Positions 14,022 through 28,808 of a DNA stretch of 64,000 bases are shown piece after piece. The position numbers and the translations under genes were made by a program. This DNA comes from Neoechinorhynchus agilis (lineage: Eukaryota; Animalia; Acanthocephala). Positions within the stretch are counted from its first letter, which is position 1. Each line of letters starts with the position of its first letter. The stretch covers positions 3,132,389 through 3,196,388 of the forward strand of contig CM121343.1 in NCBI GenBank assembly GCA_051530055.1, in the 5' to 3' direction. The notes beneath the pieces were generated by a model. The model searched no databases. It was not told where the DNA came from and saw nothing but the letters and a program-made list of their open reading frames with translations.

Positions 14022-14499
14022 GTGTTCTGAGGCACGCAAACATGCGACCGTATATCACAGCTCATTTACGTTCCAACAACCTAAAGAACGAGAAGTATAT
14101 CAAAGGCGCCTACCTATAAATAGAATAGAAGGAGTTCTACAAAGTTATAGCTCACTGTACCCGGCAAATCATTGCCAAAAGTCCGATCGAAGAGAGGCAG
14201 CATCCGCTTCTTACATCTCAATACAACCAACTGTGAATTCACTTACTGCATCCAAAACATGGCTTCAATCCGCCATTCCATTTAGATCATATGAAGAACT
14301 ACAGGACTTCGGATGTAGGGAACTTCGTGGAAACTCATTTTTCAATGCAAGAGAGGTTTACTAATTCAATATATAAATTGAACCGGTGAAATTGTACTCT
14401 TAAATATCCTTCGTCGGAGGAGCACTTCACACACTACCAACGACATTCGCAACTAAATGGAATACTCGAAAAGACACCGATTTATATACTTATTTTCAG

Positions 14500-15700
14500 G
14501 TTTTCCCTTTAGTCCCTTCCCACTGCGATGAATGCCAAGCGGGTAGTAGTGAGACGCTACGATTAATCTCAGTTTCTGGGCATGCTCTTTTTTCAATGTA
14601 TCACATAAATTAATACTTCGACGAGTCTGGCGTACCCTTAAACAAAAGATCGGTTTAGTCAAGTGAGTTAGCCAAGGTGTTTTCTCACTATGTTTTCTTT
14701 ATATCTTTTGTTGACCCTGGGTATTTGAAATGGTCAACGCAAGCGGCAAATCGATTTTGTCTAGGCCGATCGGTTGTTAGATATTGTGTTTTCGTCAGGT
14801 TCATCTTTAAACCGAATCTCGCCAATCTGTCTCTCCATACTTGGACCACTCTTTCAAGGTCCCCTTTATCTTCAGATGCTAGGAGGGACGTTGGATATCT
14901 GAGGTTGTCGCATCCATTACTAGGATAAACAATAAAGGCGACAGTGCACTTCGCTGATGAGCTCCAACATTTATCGGCTATGGTTTTGAGATTCCTGCCA
15001 CATTCCTGATACGACTCTTTGAATTTCGGTAGAGAAACGTGACCCATTTGATCAATTGTTCAAGGAATTTGTGTTGATACCAAATCAACTCGTTTGATAC
15101 TCGATCGAAAGCTTTTTCTATATCAATAAATACCAAATGAATCGGGCGATCGTTTTCGCGATACTTTTCGATAAGCAGGCGTGCTACATGAATTGCATCT
15201 GTGGTGCTACATTCTTTGACAAATCCGGCTTGGTTAATAGATAAATCGACGACAGTACGAATCCGTTTATTGATGATACACTCAAATATTTTCATCGTAT
15301 GCGACAGGAGTCGGATTGCCTTTCTTTTTCCATATCGGCACCGTGTGAATGAGCTCCCAGTCAATCGGCATTGTTTTCTCCTCAATGATTTAATCGGGTC
15401 AACCACGATGATGACGGGTCCTAGTTCTTCGCCTTCAAAAGTTCCGAAGCTATATCATCAGGACCGGTTGCTTTCCCTGGTTTCATTCGATTTATTGCAA
15501 ACCGTTACGATCTCCGAAATGGGTTGATGCTCGAATTCCTCGTTTGAAATCTGTCCGTAGTATTGATGCCACCTATCTCGGATACATCACCTTTATTGAC
15601 AATCAGCACGCCCGATTTATCATTTATACAGAGGAACTTTTCGATATCTTACATCTGCCGTTTACGCCGTTTTACAAGTCGATATAACTCACGATCATTT
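14500..15700 (-). mobile_element. Degenerate RTE-clade non-LTR retrotransposon RT
   Basis: IRLLSHTMKIFE, QAGFVKECSTTDAI, FIDIEKAFDRV, HQRSALSPLLF, FGLKMNLTKT; frameshifted, YADD segment deleted. Confidence 0.9.
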
Positions 15701-17630
15701 TCACGAATATTTAGCTTATTACTTATTCCTTATTGATCTCAAAAATTCCTCTTTCTATCGATAAAGTGACTTAAAGTACAGGTTCATCTTTACTTTTTTG
15801 GTGCGATTTGTAGGAGAAAGACGCTATTCCTTATTGATCTCAAAAATTCCTTTTTCCATCGACAAAGTGGCTTAAAGTATTGGTTTTCTTTCCTTTTTAA
15901 ATTGAGCTAACTAAAAGTTTTGATGCGATTTGAAGGAGAAAGACGTTATTCCACAGTAGTCGAAAAATTCCTTTATGCAACGAGAGTTACAGAATATGTT
16001 TAAATGTTGTCAAAAATTGATTCAAATAAATTTATTGGTGTGATTTGTCTAAAATGACTATTATCCCTTAATGTATCTGAAGTGATTAAATTTAGAAAAA
16101 GCGCCTATAATAGTAATCTATAATTTTTTGCGCGAAATTTCATTGTGGTTTTTATTACTTAGCGAACGAACTTGGCGAAATGCAGGCCAGTTTCCTTTAC
16201 TAATTTTTTAAATGAATTTTCGTTTGAATTGGATTCTTAGCCTTTTTAATTTGAATACTTAATTTGGCCATTGCGCTCGTACTCCGTCGTGATGGTAGCT
16301 GCAAGGAATTTTTAAAAGATGAAAGTAATATTAGCTTTTCATTGAAGATTATATTTGTCAACACCCAAGACAGTCATTTGATCAATTGAATCTAAAAGAT
16401 TTCATAGGAATTTGGCACAATCACACGACATGATTGTTTTCGTATGACTCGGTAACCTGGGATCGTCAACTCCATAGACTGCCTCCCTTGGTGCATTTAG
16501 GCCAACTAAAGGTAATTTGAGAGAAACTTTTTGTTCTCTTCCATTGTGTTAGCTATTTCAATTGATTAGTAGATGGAATTTTCTCTTTTGGATACATAGA
16601 ACGTCGTTAAATAGAATTGATAATGACTGATTCAGTTAGTCGAAATAATCATTCTTCTTTAATGATCTCTCTCGGGTGTCGACACTCGACCTAAATAACA
16701 ATATTTGCATTGATGAATATAGAAAACCTCTTATTTCAATCTATGGAACACTGTTCATACAATTAGAAGAGATCTCTTATGTTTCTTCGGATAGTTTGAT
16801 ATTGCGCATTTAATCGAAAATGTAGAATTTAAGGTCCTGAGTGCTCTCTGAGAAGGTCAGCCAGTTTCGCTTCGACATTATTCGTTAATTTCTCCGGGGT
16901 TGTCAGGTGGTGGTGGTGGTGGTGGTGGTACATTGAACTTTGCGATATCCTGGATTAGTTACAGGGTTGAGTGTGTGTTTAATTAGGCGATTGATAGTTT
17001 AGGGGGTAGGAACGAATTCCTGAAACAATGTGATAAGTATAGAATAGCAAAGTCGAGAATGATTTGGCTATATTTGAAAGTGAGTAGTTCGCAAGCATCA
17101 ATGATTAGAAGAGTGAGTACACATACCCACTAAGATAATAAAACGGATGCATTGCTTTAAAAAAGGCAAGAAGTTTCATGATTATTCGCATCGACGAATG
17201 TGTGTATGTATACACATCTCCACAAGGTCGGGAGTGTTTATTCGCGACGATTTAAGGCAAATCTGAGACAAGATTGGTACCAACTTGACATAGTGATCAT
17301 ATGGCGGAGACCCAGAAAAATACGAAATATTTTGCCGCCATATTTGGCGGATTCGTTGATACGTGCCGGAGTTTTGATCACGCATATACTTAGTTCGTTT
17401 GACACGAGGCCTTATGCAGACGAGATGATGCTGAACAAAAGGAACCTGAAGACTCGAACGTAGAAGCGATCTTACTCTACGTGCTTAGATAGCAGACTAC
17501 TGGTTTCTACGAACAAGTCTTTAAAGCCATTTCTACATATGTGTATGTGTGTTAGGAACGACAACTACACCGCTCAAGCAACCTTATTGGAATCCGCTCG
17601 TATACCTGCCATACCTAAGACATCCTTACA

Positions 17631-18110
17631 ATGTTGCTTGTGCTTATTGTTGTCTTAATAGTTCAGACCACTAATGGCCTCAAGTGCCATGGATATATTG
17701 GGACGACGAGAGGTGACCTTGATCGGGTTCTAGACTGTGGCAAAAATGGTTCAATCCCAGCCCATTGCTACACAATACAAAGTCAGAGCATTCAAATGCT
17801 TGGCTGTATCGAAGGAATATCCTATAACCGCGACGTTAAAGAAGATGCAACAATGACTGCTGCTTCACTTCTAAGACTTATGAAGACCCTTCACAATCAA
17901 ACGCCTAACTCCGAACGCCATTTCAGACATAGAATACGACAAATGCTTAATCACCCCAATATGAATGGATATCACGACAATCCGTCTCTCCTAACTGTCA
18001 AGCAACAAATGTGTCATACCGATTTCTGCAATGGCGCTCTTGCATCATTCATGGCTATTAGCAATCTTTCAATTGGTGTCGCATCTTTAATCGCTATTTT
18101 ATGCATTTAA
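17631..18110 (+). CDS. Secreted GPI-anchored Ly6/uPAR (three-finger)-like protein
   Basis: Signal peptide, LKC start, C..CY..LGC pattern, CHTDFCN end motif, hydrophobic C-terminal tail. Confidence 0.7.
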   Translation: MLLVLIVVLIVQTTNGLKCHGYIGTTRGDLDRVLDCGKNGSIPAHCYTIQSQSIQMLGCIEGISYNRDVKEDATMTAASLLRLMKTLHNQTPNSERHFRHRIRQMLNHPNMNGYHDNPSLLTVKQQMCHTDFCNGALASFMAISNLSIGVASLIAILCI

Positions 18111-19649
18111 ATCCATCATTTACTTGTATTTAGCCATCGGAAACTAATAAAAACAACGATGGCCAATCCAATAACTGAATTTTACCACTTTCATAATAAA
18201 TGATTATGAGAGCAATTCCTTTTTATTCATCAGGGGTGACAGAGGTGGAGGTGTGGTGATCATAGTTCCCTGGTTTATTGAAATATTTCGAGGTCCGGAG
18301 ATTATGATCACCACATCTTTCGCTACATATCGATCAACAATTAATCATCGCTTTCTAATAAATTATTACTTTCATAAAAAAAGTCAAATGCACAATCTGA
18401 AATTACATTCTTACTTAATAGTTTAATCTTAAATACATGTTAGTGGATAAACTTTTATTCTCCAAAATGTTTGTAACAGTTTTAGGACTTTTCTGTCGCA
18501 AATTCAGTGAAGCATCAAGTCAAGAAATCTCAGACAGGTAGCTTACGTTTTTCTTTTGCTTTTGATACCTACAACAACAAATCATTCGTTCAGGAAAGAT
18601 GTAGTAGGAAGTCCGCAATTGTTTAGTTATGATTTTCGCGACTCCGCGTTGCCTATACAAAGACTCGCGATTGTGTTTCGGCGAATTCCAATACAGTTCT
18701 AGGGGAATTTTTAAGAGCAATAAAGAAGGAACGTTGAATAAAAGGTACTATTCAGACTGGCAAAACTAGGCCTCGATCAGGAATTCCGAACAATACTGGT
18801 AGATTTCTCGCTTTTGATCAGGGGCGGCATGATTGTTGACTTGGCACAGGCAGTTTATAAACGTTTTGAAATGGCATTTTTGTCCTAAAAAAAATTCCAA
18901 GATAAAACGAGCTAAAGCTTTCTCGTATATGGAAACCATGGAATTTCAATTTACTACGTTTGTTTTTAACTAAAAAGATTCGCTTAGCCATATTGATGTT
19001 GGTCTATTCTTGAGGAGGCGCCTAAATTATGGCCTTCGCTAGGAAACTAATATTGTTGCTAAACAAAACATTAGTGGCTTTGAAATAAGCAGAAGCGTCA
19101 TTCGTGAACCAATCGTTTTTTGGTCCCAAATGTCTAATAATATAATTGGCCCTTAAATCTAGCTCAGAAGGATGGTGTTTAATGAAAAACGGGAGCAGCC
19201 TACTTAACGCTCTTGGCGAAGGGCCGTGATTACTGCAGGTATCGCTCGCTCTCTGTTGTTGAATAAATCTCTTTTTATTGAGGATTCACCACCATGAAGT
19301 GGAGTAGGGAAGCGGCGAACTGATTTGGATTTTATCGCAGTTCAACTGGAAGCGACTGTGGTTTAAAAAGTTACACGTTTCCTTTTTGATTAGATTTAAA
19401 GTTTTCGTCCATAAAGAGACAATAGTCGGGGATTGTCTCTTTCATTTGTAAATCTGGTGAGCCATTCACAGCAGTGAAAGGCACGTTATCACAACACACG
19501 AAGAAATAAGATGCTGTTGAGTTGAAAAGTTTCAAAAGAGTGTTCGTTGAGATATTCCAGACAAATCTGCCATGACCGGAAAGTAAACCGTGAGTTTGAT
19601 GATTAGCAATTTTCTCGCTAAACACAGATCGAGTGAAGAACTATTATCT

Positions 19650-19920
19650 GGGACAGAAAAAGTAGGGAAATGAGAGCAAACAATCTTGTGTGAGTCCATA
19701 GCGCGAATGACAGAGCGAATCCATTTTCCAAAAGGGTCATTAAAGTCTCATAAAAGGAAGTCTATGTTCTTTATTATTCGTTATCCATCAAATGAATCTT
19801 CTTTAGGACGGATGTAAATGTTACCTAAGGAAAATTCCATCCCTTCAAAAGCAATAGAAATGATGGTGTATGAAATGTCGGCTGAGATAAAGTCACGGAT
19901 AAGAAATGGTGGAAGATTCG
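19650..19920 (-). mobile_element. Probable LINE endonuclease fragment
   Basis: ...EFSLGNIYIRP... followed by degenerate W/G-rich segment with stops. Confidence 0.4.
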
Positions 19921-20399
19921 ACCTCAGAGTGGATTAGAGACCCTGTGAATGAAGATAATGAAAATTGAGGAGACTGAGGTGATTCTTTTAATGCCTTAGC
20001 GTAAATCATTAAAGGTGTAAACACATTTAGTTTCCTGGATAAAAACCGCCTCGTATTTCATAACTTCGACTTTGGGAATACCCCGACAACTGTAGTGGTG
20101 CAGGTCAACTGACGTTGAATATTTATTTATCTTAAATCGCATACACTCAGGGCCTCACGGCATGTCTTTGGGAGCCTCTTGGCTAACTCACACTTCAGAG
20201 GCGCTCAGCCTCATTCGAAGGAACGGGGTCAACCTTCTTTTTTGGGGTCGATAAGCTACTCCCGTGGAACCCAGCAATCAGTGGACTTGAACCAGCGACC
20301 AACCGAGCGCATTTTTTTGAACGCCGTTGAATATTGAACGGATGCTGAAACACACACATACGAGTCATTTATTTTTTACACGGCAGCATTCCAAACAAC

Positions 20400-23300
20400 T
20401 GAAATATATAAGTAACAATTCAATTACCTTCCTCATCTTTTAAGATTAATGATTGACTCGATACAGAGCGAATGGACGTCCTTCAAGAGGCTTGTGTAAG
20501 TGATCTCAGGACTTGTCCTCCCCGAGGTAAACCATTGATGTATTAGATAACTCTGCCCATTCCTTCATTGTTAATACAATTTTGTTGTCCTTAATATTTA
20601 AACATTGTATTATGTCCATTAAATCTTGTTCACTTATTAATGTAAATCCAATTGTTGACATCTTTTCTTTTTCCCATAATGAAGCTTCATATATTATTAT
20701 CTTCGACAAATACACTCTCCATAGAAAAAGAAGCCTATGTTTTTGCCATCATTGGTACAAATTTTTTCTTCAACTTTAACACAATTTTTGATTTAGCGAA
20801 TTGCGTTCGTATCTCCGGTGGTCTTTTTCTCGCAAAAAAACTCATGCGAAATTCTTAATCGAACGCATCGTTTCGTGCTCGAAAAGCTTCTACCCAGAAC
20901 TCTGGAGTTCGTCAATATCCTACATCTTCACAAATCCTCATCTTTTCATAACTTCCTCTTAATTTAGATCACGCTCCAGGAGATTTTGTTAGTGGCACAA
21001 TTATTGTTTTGGTTCAATTTGTAGTCATACTCGCAATGGTTAATATAACATATAATTCCTTTAATTGTGACTTCGATTAATTTTTTTGCAATGTACCAGG
21101 AGAAAGATATCATCAGTGTATATAAATAAGCTGTCATTGTTTCTTTTCCTGAGTTTTTAATGTATGGACAATTCCTACTAAGAAAAATATGGGTGAGAGA
21201 GACGATTCTTGGGAAATCTCAAATTTGGAGAAAAATATCCGTTTGTTTTCATCCATCTCAAGCAAATATGATATCGATTCAAATAACATAATAGTTCCCT
21301 CAATTATTTTCTATGGCGTCGAAGGCGCTGTTAATGTCCACCTGTAAGAGTAGCTTATTACAAGCCTTAATTTCTTTATTTTCTAGGTTAAGTTGTGGAA
21401 TTAACGAATTAACTCTTCTCCCAGTTACGATGAACCCTATTTTTTTAATTATTACCCTTTCCAATCCGGAAATAATTGGGTTTTGAATAGAAATTAGTCG
21501 CATATCTCCCGACGAACTTTTTTTTTTGAATTTTTTTCAAAATTTTTAAAAGATCAATAAAAGACAATCTCTTCTCAATCATTCTTAAAAGTAGTTCTTT
21601 ATTAAAATCCGATACAACATCAAATTTTTTGGGAGATATAGCAGCAGAATTGCAGGCTAGAGAAGAACCTGTTTTCCATATAACGTTATCAGAAGACTTT
21701 TTCTTTGATTATTCCAAGGAATGTGGGAGCCTCCGTCACCATCAAAATATGATGCGATACAATCATTTCTAAAATTTTAGGAAAGATAACTGTCCCAACC
21801 CTCTAATCCACTTATCGTTTTTTTTGTTATTAGCCTCCAAAAACGTTTCTATATTCATCTTTTCCCAATATATTTCTTTAAAAACCTTTTCCTCAATTGT
21901 TTAGCTATTACAATGTTTCCTTTTATGTCTTCAATTATGGATCTTTTCATTATTACATTTGTCTCCCTAGAAACTCTTTTTTCCCTCTTTGGTTTAAAAG
22001 TTATTAAAAATTTTTCTGCAACTTTCGATAAAAGTTCGTTGATAAAAGTCAGGTCCAAACCCTTTACCAGGGATAGCCTCACGGTTAATTCCTTATTAAA
22101 AGCCTCTATGTTGGAGTTTGACAATATTACTCTAGTTTTTCATAAGTAATAAGATCGTGCCCAATTGATTTGTTTTCAAAAATCTGCTCCGTTGTTCTAT
22201 TTGAGATATTTAGTTCCTTTTTTAAATTGCTCCATCAATGAAAGAGTGAACATTCCTTGAATAATTATGAAAAGAGGGATATGGTGTTTGATTTTAGCCT
22301 ACTCTTCCATCACTGCCAGTCCTTTGAAGTTGAAGTCCCCAATTATAATGTCCGGTTCGCATCCCTTTGAACATAACATTTTGTTGGTCTTGAACAACCC
22401 CACTTTGCCCAGCGAAAGGTAAATGTGACTTACGATCCACCGACTCCCTTTTAACATGGGACAATCCATTGCAATGGGTTGTATTGCAAAATTCTCTTCC
22501 TTTTGTTGCCATAATAGCTTATGTTTTAACGAAGTTCTTATCGAAATTTGTAATAATCCCGAAAATCCAACATTGGGATGACCCGTGGAATATTGGAGAA
22601 TGGTTGAAGTTGATAATATGTAAAATTATTAGATGAATATAATTGTATAAATCGTGATTCTTGAAAGCACATTATACTCACATCATTTACTATATTATCT
22701 ATAATTTTTTACATTTTGTGATTGTTGAGGCGATCTCGAAACATTATATGAAATAATTTTGTTTACGTTTATATATTATTTTAAAAGGATCTTCTTTTCT
22801 TTTTATTATTTTTTATAAAAAAAATTATTGTGAATTTGTACCTATCCTTCCTTTATCAGGCACTTTCCTGAGCAAAACCACCTTTTCTTATTCATCTGTG
22901 GATGTTTCCACTGATGGAAAAACTTCTACATCAGATCAAACTATGTTCTTACTATTCTGTTCCTCTGTGTTTTGAACCTTTCTCTATGTGGAGATGGTAT
23001 TTTTATACAAAGAGCATTCCACCAGCATGCTTATTTGTTCTTGTAGAATACTAATTGGTTCCTTTAAAGAATCAACCTTAAGGTTTGCTGAAGCAGAGTA
23101 TGTGGCTCCCCTATTGACCCATTCATTGATCGCTTTAGTTGGAATGATTTTACCAAAGTGCCAATATTTTGCAGCTTCCGGGCATCTTCTACTATATGCA
23201 TCATACCCTCCCTTGTAATTAGCACATTTGGGGGTTTTGGAGATCCCCCACATTTCATACAACTTTTTTTCATTTTTACATTGGTACTCTCCATGTCCCC

Positions 23301-23900
23301 AAATGCAGTATTTCTCCATTGCGTCAAAATGTACTCAAAAATGGAATCATTTTTGGGGAAAGAGAATTTAATTAGATATCCAAGGAAACCCACTTCTCTA
23401 CCTTTTCAAATATCAATTTTGTTTTGAGTGTCCGTCACCAATAGGGCTCTCTATTTTCTTTATAGCTCAAATATTTTATCGGCGAAAGTCCAAATTTCTT
23501 TTTGAAATCGTCTACCATCAAAGATGATCTTCTTAATAAATCTATATACGGTATCTTTTTATATTCCAATAGCTTTTCAAATAATTCTTTACCATCCGCA
23601 TCCACAAAAAAGAATAGCCCATGCCATTTAGTGGCAAAACCTTTCTTAATTTAAAAACAATAGTTGCCATGTAACTTTTTAGGTTTATCATCTACCTGTA
23701 GTATTCGCTTCCCAAATCTCCCACTGTAAACGAACCCAAGTCTCCTTTTTTAAGTTTAATCAAGAAATCTTCCTTTCTAATAGGGATTTTTTGATATATA
23801 AACTTTGATGGGCAGAGGGAAACGGCAATCCATTATTTGCAATTTGCAATAACCACCTCATTTTTGAATTTCAAAACCTTTTCCTGAAGGGGGCCAGCAA
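20400..23900 (-). mobile_element. Highly degenerate near full-length LINE (I/Jockey-like)
   Basis: ORF1 remnant GH..C...KCANYKGGYDAYSRRCP at about 23200, endonuclease remnant at about 22400, RT remnant LQVDINSAFD at about 21330. Confidence 0.7.
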
Positions 23901-25800
23901 TCCATTATTTTCTATAATCGCCAATTCTGACCCCATATTAACCATTTCTTGATTAGTTCTTCTCATCTCATTTTTTGAACCCCCTCCATCATCCGGAGAT
24001 TCCCGCTGATGAGCGTGGGTGAACAACCGGTTGCGAAAACATGTTGCGACGACCATATAAATGAACTAATTCGTGATATATGAGTTTGTGTGTGTTTATG
24101 TTTGAACAACTAGAATACATAAAAACTAAGTTGATGTCCATGGACCCAAATTCATCGACGAGGGTTTGCAATTGCTACAAATCATAAAGGATCAAGCAAA
24201 CTCAATGAGGGAATAGATGCAACTGCAGAATGCAGCGATGATGGAAGTGATCAAGATCATGAGGAGAAAGAGCGAGGATAAACGCATTTAGGTAATAGGA
24301 ACCGGAGCAAGAGAAATGGCCGGAATATGTGGAGCAGAAGGATCAATACATGGAAGCAAATGGAGTGTACGAAGATTCATGCAAAAAGCAAATATAATCG
24401 AATGGGTTGATGCCGACATAAAAAATGTGGTCAAGAAATTCACGGCGGCACAGGAGCTATCGATGCTCAAATACAGCGACATTATCCGGTTAGTGGATAT
24501 TTTCAAGCAAAAGTACCAGAAATACTAACTCAAACGCGTGAGCAATGGATCAGGGAAACTGCGATCGGATTAAGGACCTGGTGATTCTCAATACACCAAA
24601 CTAAGCCTTACTAAGCTCTGCCTTGCAGTTTGGAAAAACATTGGAAATATCACGAGGTATGGAATCAAGTAAGAAAGCGCAGGATATAATCAATGGGAGA
24701 AAGGAGGTTATCGAACATGAAGTTAATATAATGTAACCCAATAGGAAAGATCAATTAGTGGAAATTATCACGTTCCAACAGGAGGAAGAGATTCTGTATA
24801 AATATGATCGAAACGACTAATGGAGAAGCGGGTGCATAACTGGACTCCATGGACCTCTATCCTATGAGCTCAGAAATGAGAGGAAAATTTAGACGCTGCC
24901 ATGCTGATTTCTTCAGACACCGAGATATCATAGATACGCCCGTGAAGGAGAACAGAAAGGAAATCAAAAGTGATAACGAAGACATAAAAAGGATGAAACC
25001 CCATAGACAGGCGACGTATACGTTAGGACAAATCCACAAATTGTTCAAGATTCGGCTGACCAGGATACGAAATCAGCGTTTCGTAAGAGCCAGCGGATTT
25101 GGAGAAAGCCTGACCGCCAATATGATGAAATTTTGAAAAAGGAAGAAGTGCAGTAGTACGCGCAAGCTGACATTAAATATTGAACGGCCGCAGCTGTTTG
25201 GATACGGCTGAAGGATCAACCTTGTGATTGCTTGGCAAGGATTTTCTTCAGCCATTTCCTCCTCGCTAACATCGAATTCTCCATCGTTGAATTTTATCCA
25301 CCGGAAAGTAGTTGCAAGATCTAGAGCTTCACCACCGAGATGTTTTTCATTCTCCACAAGCACTCTAACTTTAGGCGCGGAGGGAAATCACCTCGAGTTC
25401 TTTTTCTCATCTCCATGATCAGGTGAAAGGTTTTAAAAAATTGTAGGAGCTGCGAAATGATTAGAGAACGACTGAAAAAAGTTGAATTCGTCTCCAACGA
25501 ACACAAGTAACCCAACCGTAAAACTTATAAAACAACCATCGTGTTAGTAAGCAATAAATCTCTATTGCTAAAAGTTTTCTTCATCATTAAGGTTCAACTT
25601 ACCTCAAACATTTACACGATATCTATTTAGGCTAAATATGCATAGTAAATGTATCTTTTTATCTTATTAAACTTCCGACCTCCGATGAACTCATCCATAC
25701 GCGGCCGAATGGAAAAACATATATATCAAAAGACTACCGGCTGAGCCACATATAAACAACATTTCTTTGAACTTTTCTCTCACTTGAGAGGTCGTTCTTT

Positions 25801-26115
25801 TCAGCATTGTCGGCTTTCGTCTTTGTTCTTATCCTTTCCGAACGTCTTGAGATCTCCGCTCACACTGTCCTTCCATCTCTTCTTGGGTCTCCCTCTTCTC
25901 CTTTTCTCCTCGAGTTCGATTCCACATGCGCTCTTCATCAAGACGTTTTCATCTGCTTGGGTCACCAGCAGGTACCATCTCATCCGCCTCTTTACGATTG
26001 CCTCCTCGATGGGCTCGACAGCAAACAGCTTTCGCAGCTCCTCATTGGGCACTCGATCCTTGCGTGTCAATCCTACGGACCATCTCAGAATCCGCATTTC
26101 GTTGACGGCTAGCCA
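25801..26115 (-). mobile_element. RTE-clade retrotransposon 3' end
   Basis: NEMRILRWSVGLTRKDRVPNEELR...RRMRWY...RRRGRPKKRWKD. Confidence 0.9.
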
Positions 26116-26400
26116 CATATAAATCCTGTTTTGCGCAAAATTCGAATTACTTTCGATTATTCTGATTCTAATCATTTTAGACTGTTTTTTAGCATTGGAT
26201 CTAAATCCCATACTTTAAGTTGTCTAGATAAAAAATCCTTGTAATTGATGATGGAAATTGTTTACAATCCGGTTTGGATTCCGAGTAATTAAACCGGTAT
26301 CGGCAACCTTTCGTAGAGAACCTCAATGCGAGCTGGATCAGATTATAATATGGATCAAATAAATATAAATTCTTAAATGTTACTGGCAAGATGGGTCTTT

Positions 26401-26524
26401 TTTTGATTCAGGTAATTGCATCGCTTTTTCGCCTTTTTGGTATAAGGCCACGGCATAAAGCCACACCGATCTCTTGCCTTATGCCAAAAAGCCAAAAAAA
26501 GGGGATGCAATAACCTGAATCAAA
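26401..26524. mobile_element. Foldback/MITE-like hairpin
   Basis: tttgattcaggtaattgcatc...ttttggtataaggc mirrored by gccttatgccaaaaa...gatgcaataacctgaatcaaa. Confidence 0.75.
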
Positions 26525-26954
26525 TAAAATTAACTTGCTCTAAATTTATTCACATTCTTCGGACCCAAAGTAAGCCCATATTACAACTAAGGCTCACGTT
26601 TAAAGTGAATATCGACGATTATTGTATCGAGTTGCACAAAAATAGCGTTCCATCAGCAAAAAGGTGCAGGAACCATACAAAATTCGTGGTGCCAATTAAT
26701 TTATCAAATAGTTCAGATTGTAATTTATATGAAGATCTAAATCAAAAAAGTTGTAACTTGTTAATTAAGGAGAAAATCTTTTAAACTGTGTTACCTTAAT
26801 AACAACACGTTTTATTTCAGGGAAATTACAAGGCAACGACGAACAATGCATCTCAGGTATCTATTGAAACTTATAAGAAGATTATTTGTGTTTCTATTGT
26901 TCCATCTTTGCAGCTCCAAAACGTTAAGTTGTTATTTCGCTCTTTTACAAAAAA

Positions 26955-27130
26955 ATGAGTATGTGGAAATGGAGAAAAATTATATATCCAAGAATCACTT
27001 TAATTGAAATATTTCGTCCAATCACACTGACAAATAATAATTGACTGAAGAAGTGCAGAGTGATTGGACGAAATATTTCAATTAAAGTGATTCTTGGATA
27101 TATAATTTTTCTCCACTTCCACATACTCAT
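26955..27130. mobile_element. Near-perfect foldback element with about 70 bp arms
   Basis: atgagtatgtggaaatggagaaaaattatatatccaagaatcac...tccaatcac / gtgattgga...ccacatactcat. Confidence 0.85.
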
Positions 27131-28808
27131 GGATTTTACGAAATTTCCACACATAAAGAACAACTAACAAAGTGAGATGCATCAAAATAACCAATTCGTA
27201 TCTACATTTTTACTAAATTCCATAAAGGAGCAAGCGGCTCCTTGTGAGTAGTTTAGAGTCAATGTAAAGGTTAACTTAATGTTTTGGCACCTCTCACAAA
27301 TTCGTACATTATTTCTATTTCGTAATTTATGAAACAATCAGCAATTCGTTCTAATGGAGCATCTTATTTTTGTTTATGATTAGTCAGCTTACATTTTTTT
27401 AAAATTTATTAGCAGAGAAACGAATGGAAACTGTGAGTTTGCAATAAAATTTTAAATACGATTGTTAAATTAAAAAATAGTCGTCGCTTGAAGATGTTAA
27501 TATTCACATTAAAATAATTTTAAACTATTACATCGTTATTTACGAAGAAATGCTTTTAAAATACAAGCCTAGAGTAGCGGAATTCGAGAAAAAATGGGGA
27601 CAATCTTCGAGGAAAGCACTCATTTTGAAAAGTGTTCCAAAATAATTTGAGATATGAGCCTTAATAAAATCAAGTATAAATCGTTACAAAACTAAAAGTT
27701 CAATAATTTGGGATTAAAACCTTTAAGAATTCTGTACAAGACTCGAAAAATCCTCAAAAACTTTTAAAAATTAGCCTAACGTTATGATTTATTCTTATTA
27801 TTTTCCATTTCAACTTAAATCTCAAAGCATCAAATCCTATCCGATTGTTGTCTAGAGGCAAATGATAAATTCCAAAATTGAAAATTTCACGCTTTTTTCC
27901 ATAATAATGAACATTAAGCAAATTAATCAGATGACGTCATGAACGGGGTTTCTGCCGTATCGCCATATGCAGCTCTCGCGTTCGCACTCGCTTCCCGCAA
28001 ACCACTTGTTTTATACGCACGCGCAAGTCGATAATGTGAGTGGTCTGTGCAGTGCCTTAGTTCGGTTAATGTTGTCGTCGTGGTGGATTGACTGTGTCGA
28101 GGAGGCTGGTCTGCAACGATATAACGTTTCGTTGATGCGAGTGTCAATATTTGCACCTTTTTTTAAAGTTTTTTTAACATTTTTAAACTCTTTAAGTCGA
28201 TCATTCTTTGTTCTTCTTTTTTTAATTATTCTACGTTCCATTTGCCCACTTGTGTCAACGATTTCAGAAAGTGCGATGAACAATTAAACTCAAGTGCTTT
28301 TTGTCCCATAAAGAAGCTATTGTGAGTCATAAAAATCCGTGTTTTTCTTCCGTGTAGCGCTACTCTGTGCATATTTTAGTGTATTACTCGCAATCTTATT
28401 TCTCACATAAATACTCCGCAGAACATCTATCTTTGTGCGCTTGTGGCTTCTTTGCGTATTCGTGTGCCGCACCCTGCTTCCCATGTGTCATTTCATAGTA
28501 TTTAAAGACAATTGTTCCGGATTGGATTCGCGACGAATATAAAAGTTCAATCTACTTTTTATTTCGAAAGCACATTTTTAAGACCGGAGTCTTTTCTATA
28601 GAACGCAGTTTTCCCTGATGACGTAGTAGCATAGATCTGGAAGAATGCCGAAATGCGCACGTATTCCTAATGATCGCGCCTTCTCTCGTGTATCTTTGAC
28701 GCACGTGCGTGCGCGCAGTGTTTTGCGTAGAGCGCGTTGTTCTTGTCGGATTTTGCGGTATTTTCATGGCGACTAAGTCTTTCCGTTTCAGAGATTTCTT
28801 CAGAGAAT

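Noticed and set aside
14850-14960. RTE copy lacking the YADD segment
   Set aside because: Ordinary deletion in a dead element.
18636-18670. 29-nt segment between TCGCGA repeats with inverted ends
   Set aside because: Fits the insert pattern, but no recognisable protein confirms a frame; unresolved.
20190-20330. SINE-like segment (B-box ggttcaagtcc on minus, ggggtcgataag on plus)
   Set aside because: Motifs in conflicting orientations; single copy in the window.
24250-25420. Possible gag-like remnant and an RWIKF-containing ORF reminiscent of SLC4
   Set aside because: Similarity too short to call.
27923-28287. Two overlapping minus-strand ORFs upstream of FMR1
   Set aside because: No recognisable domain and no junction that joins them.
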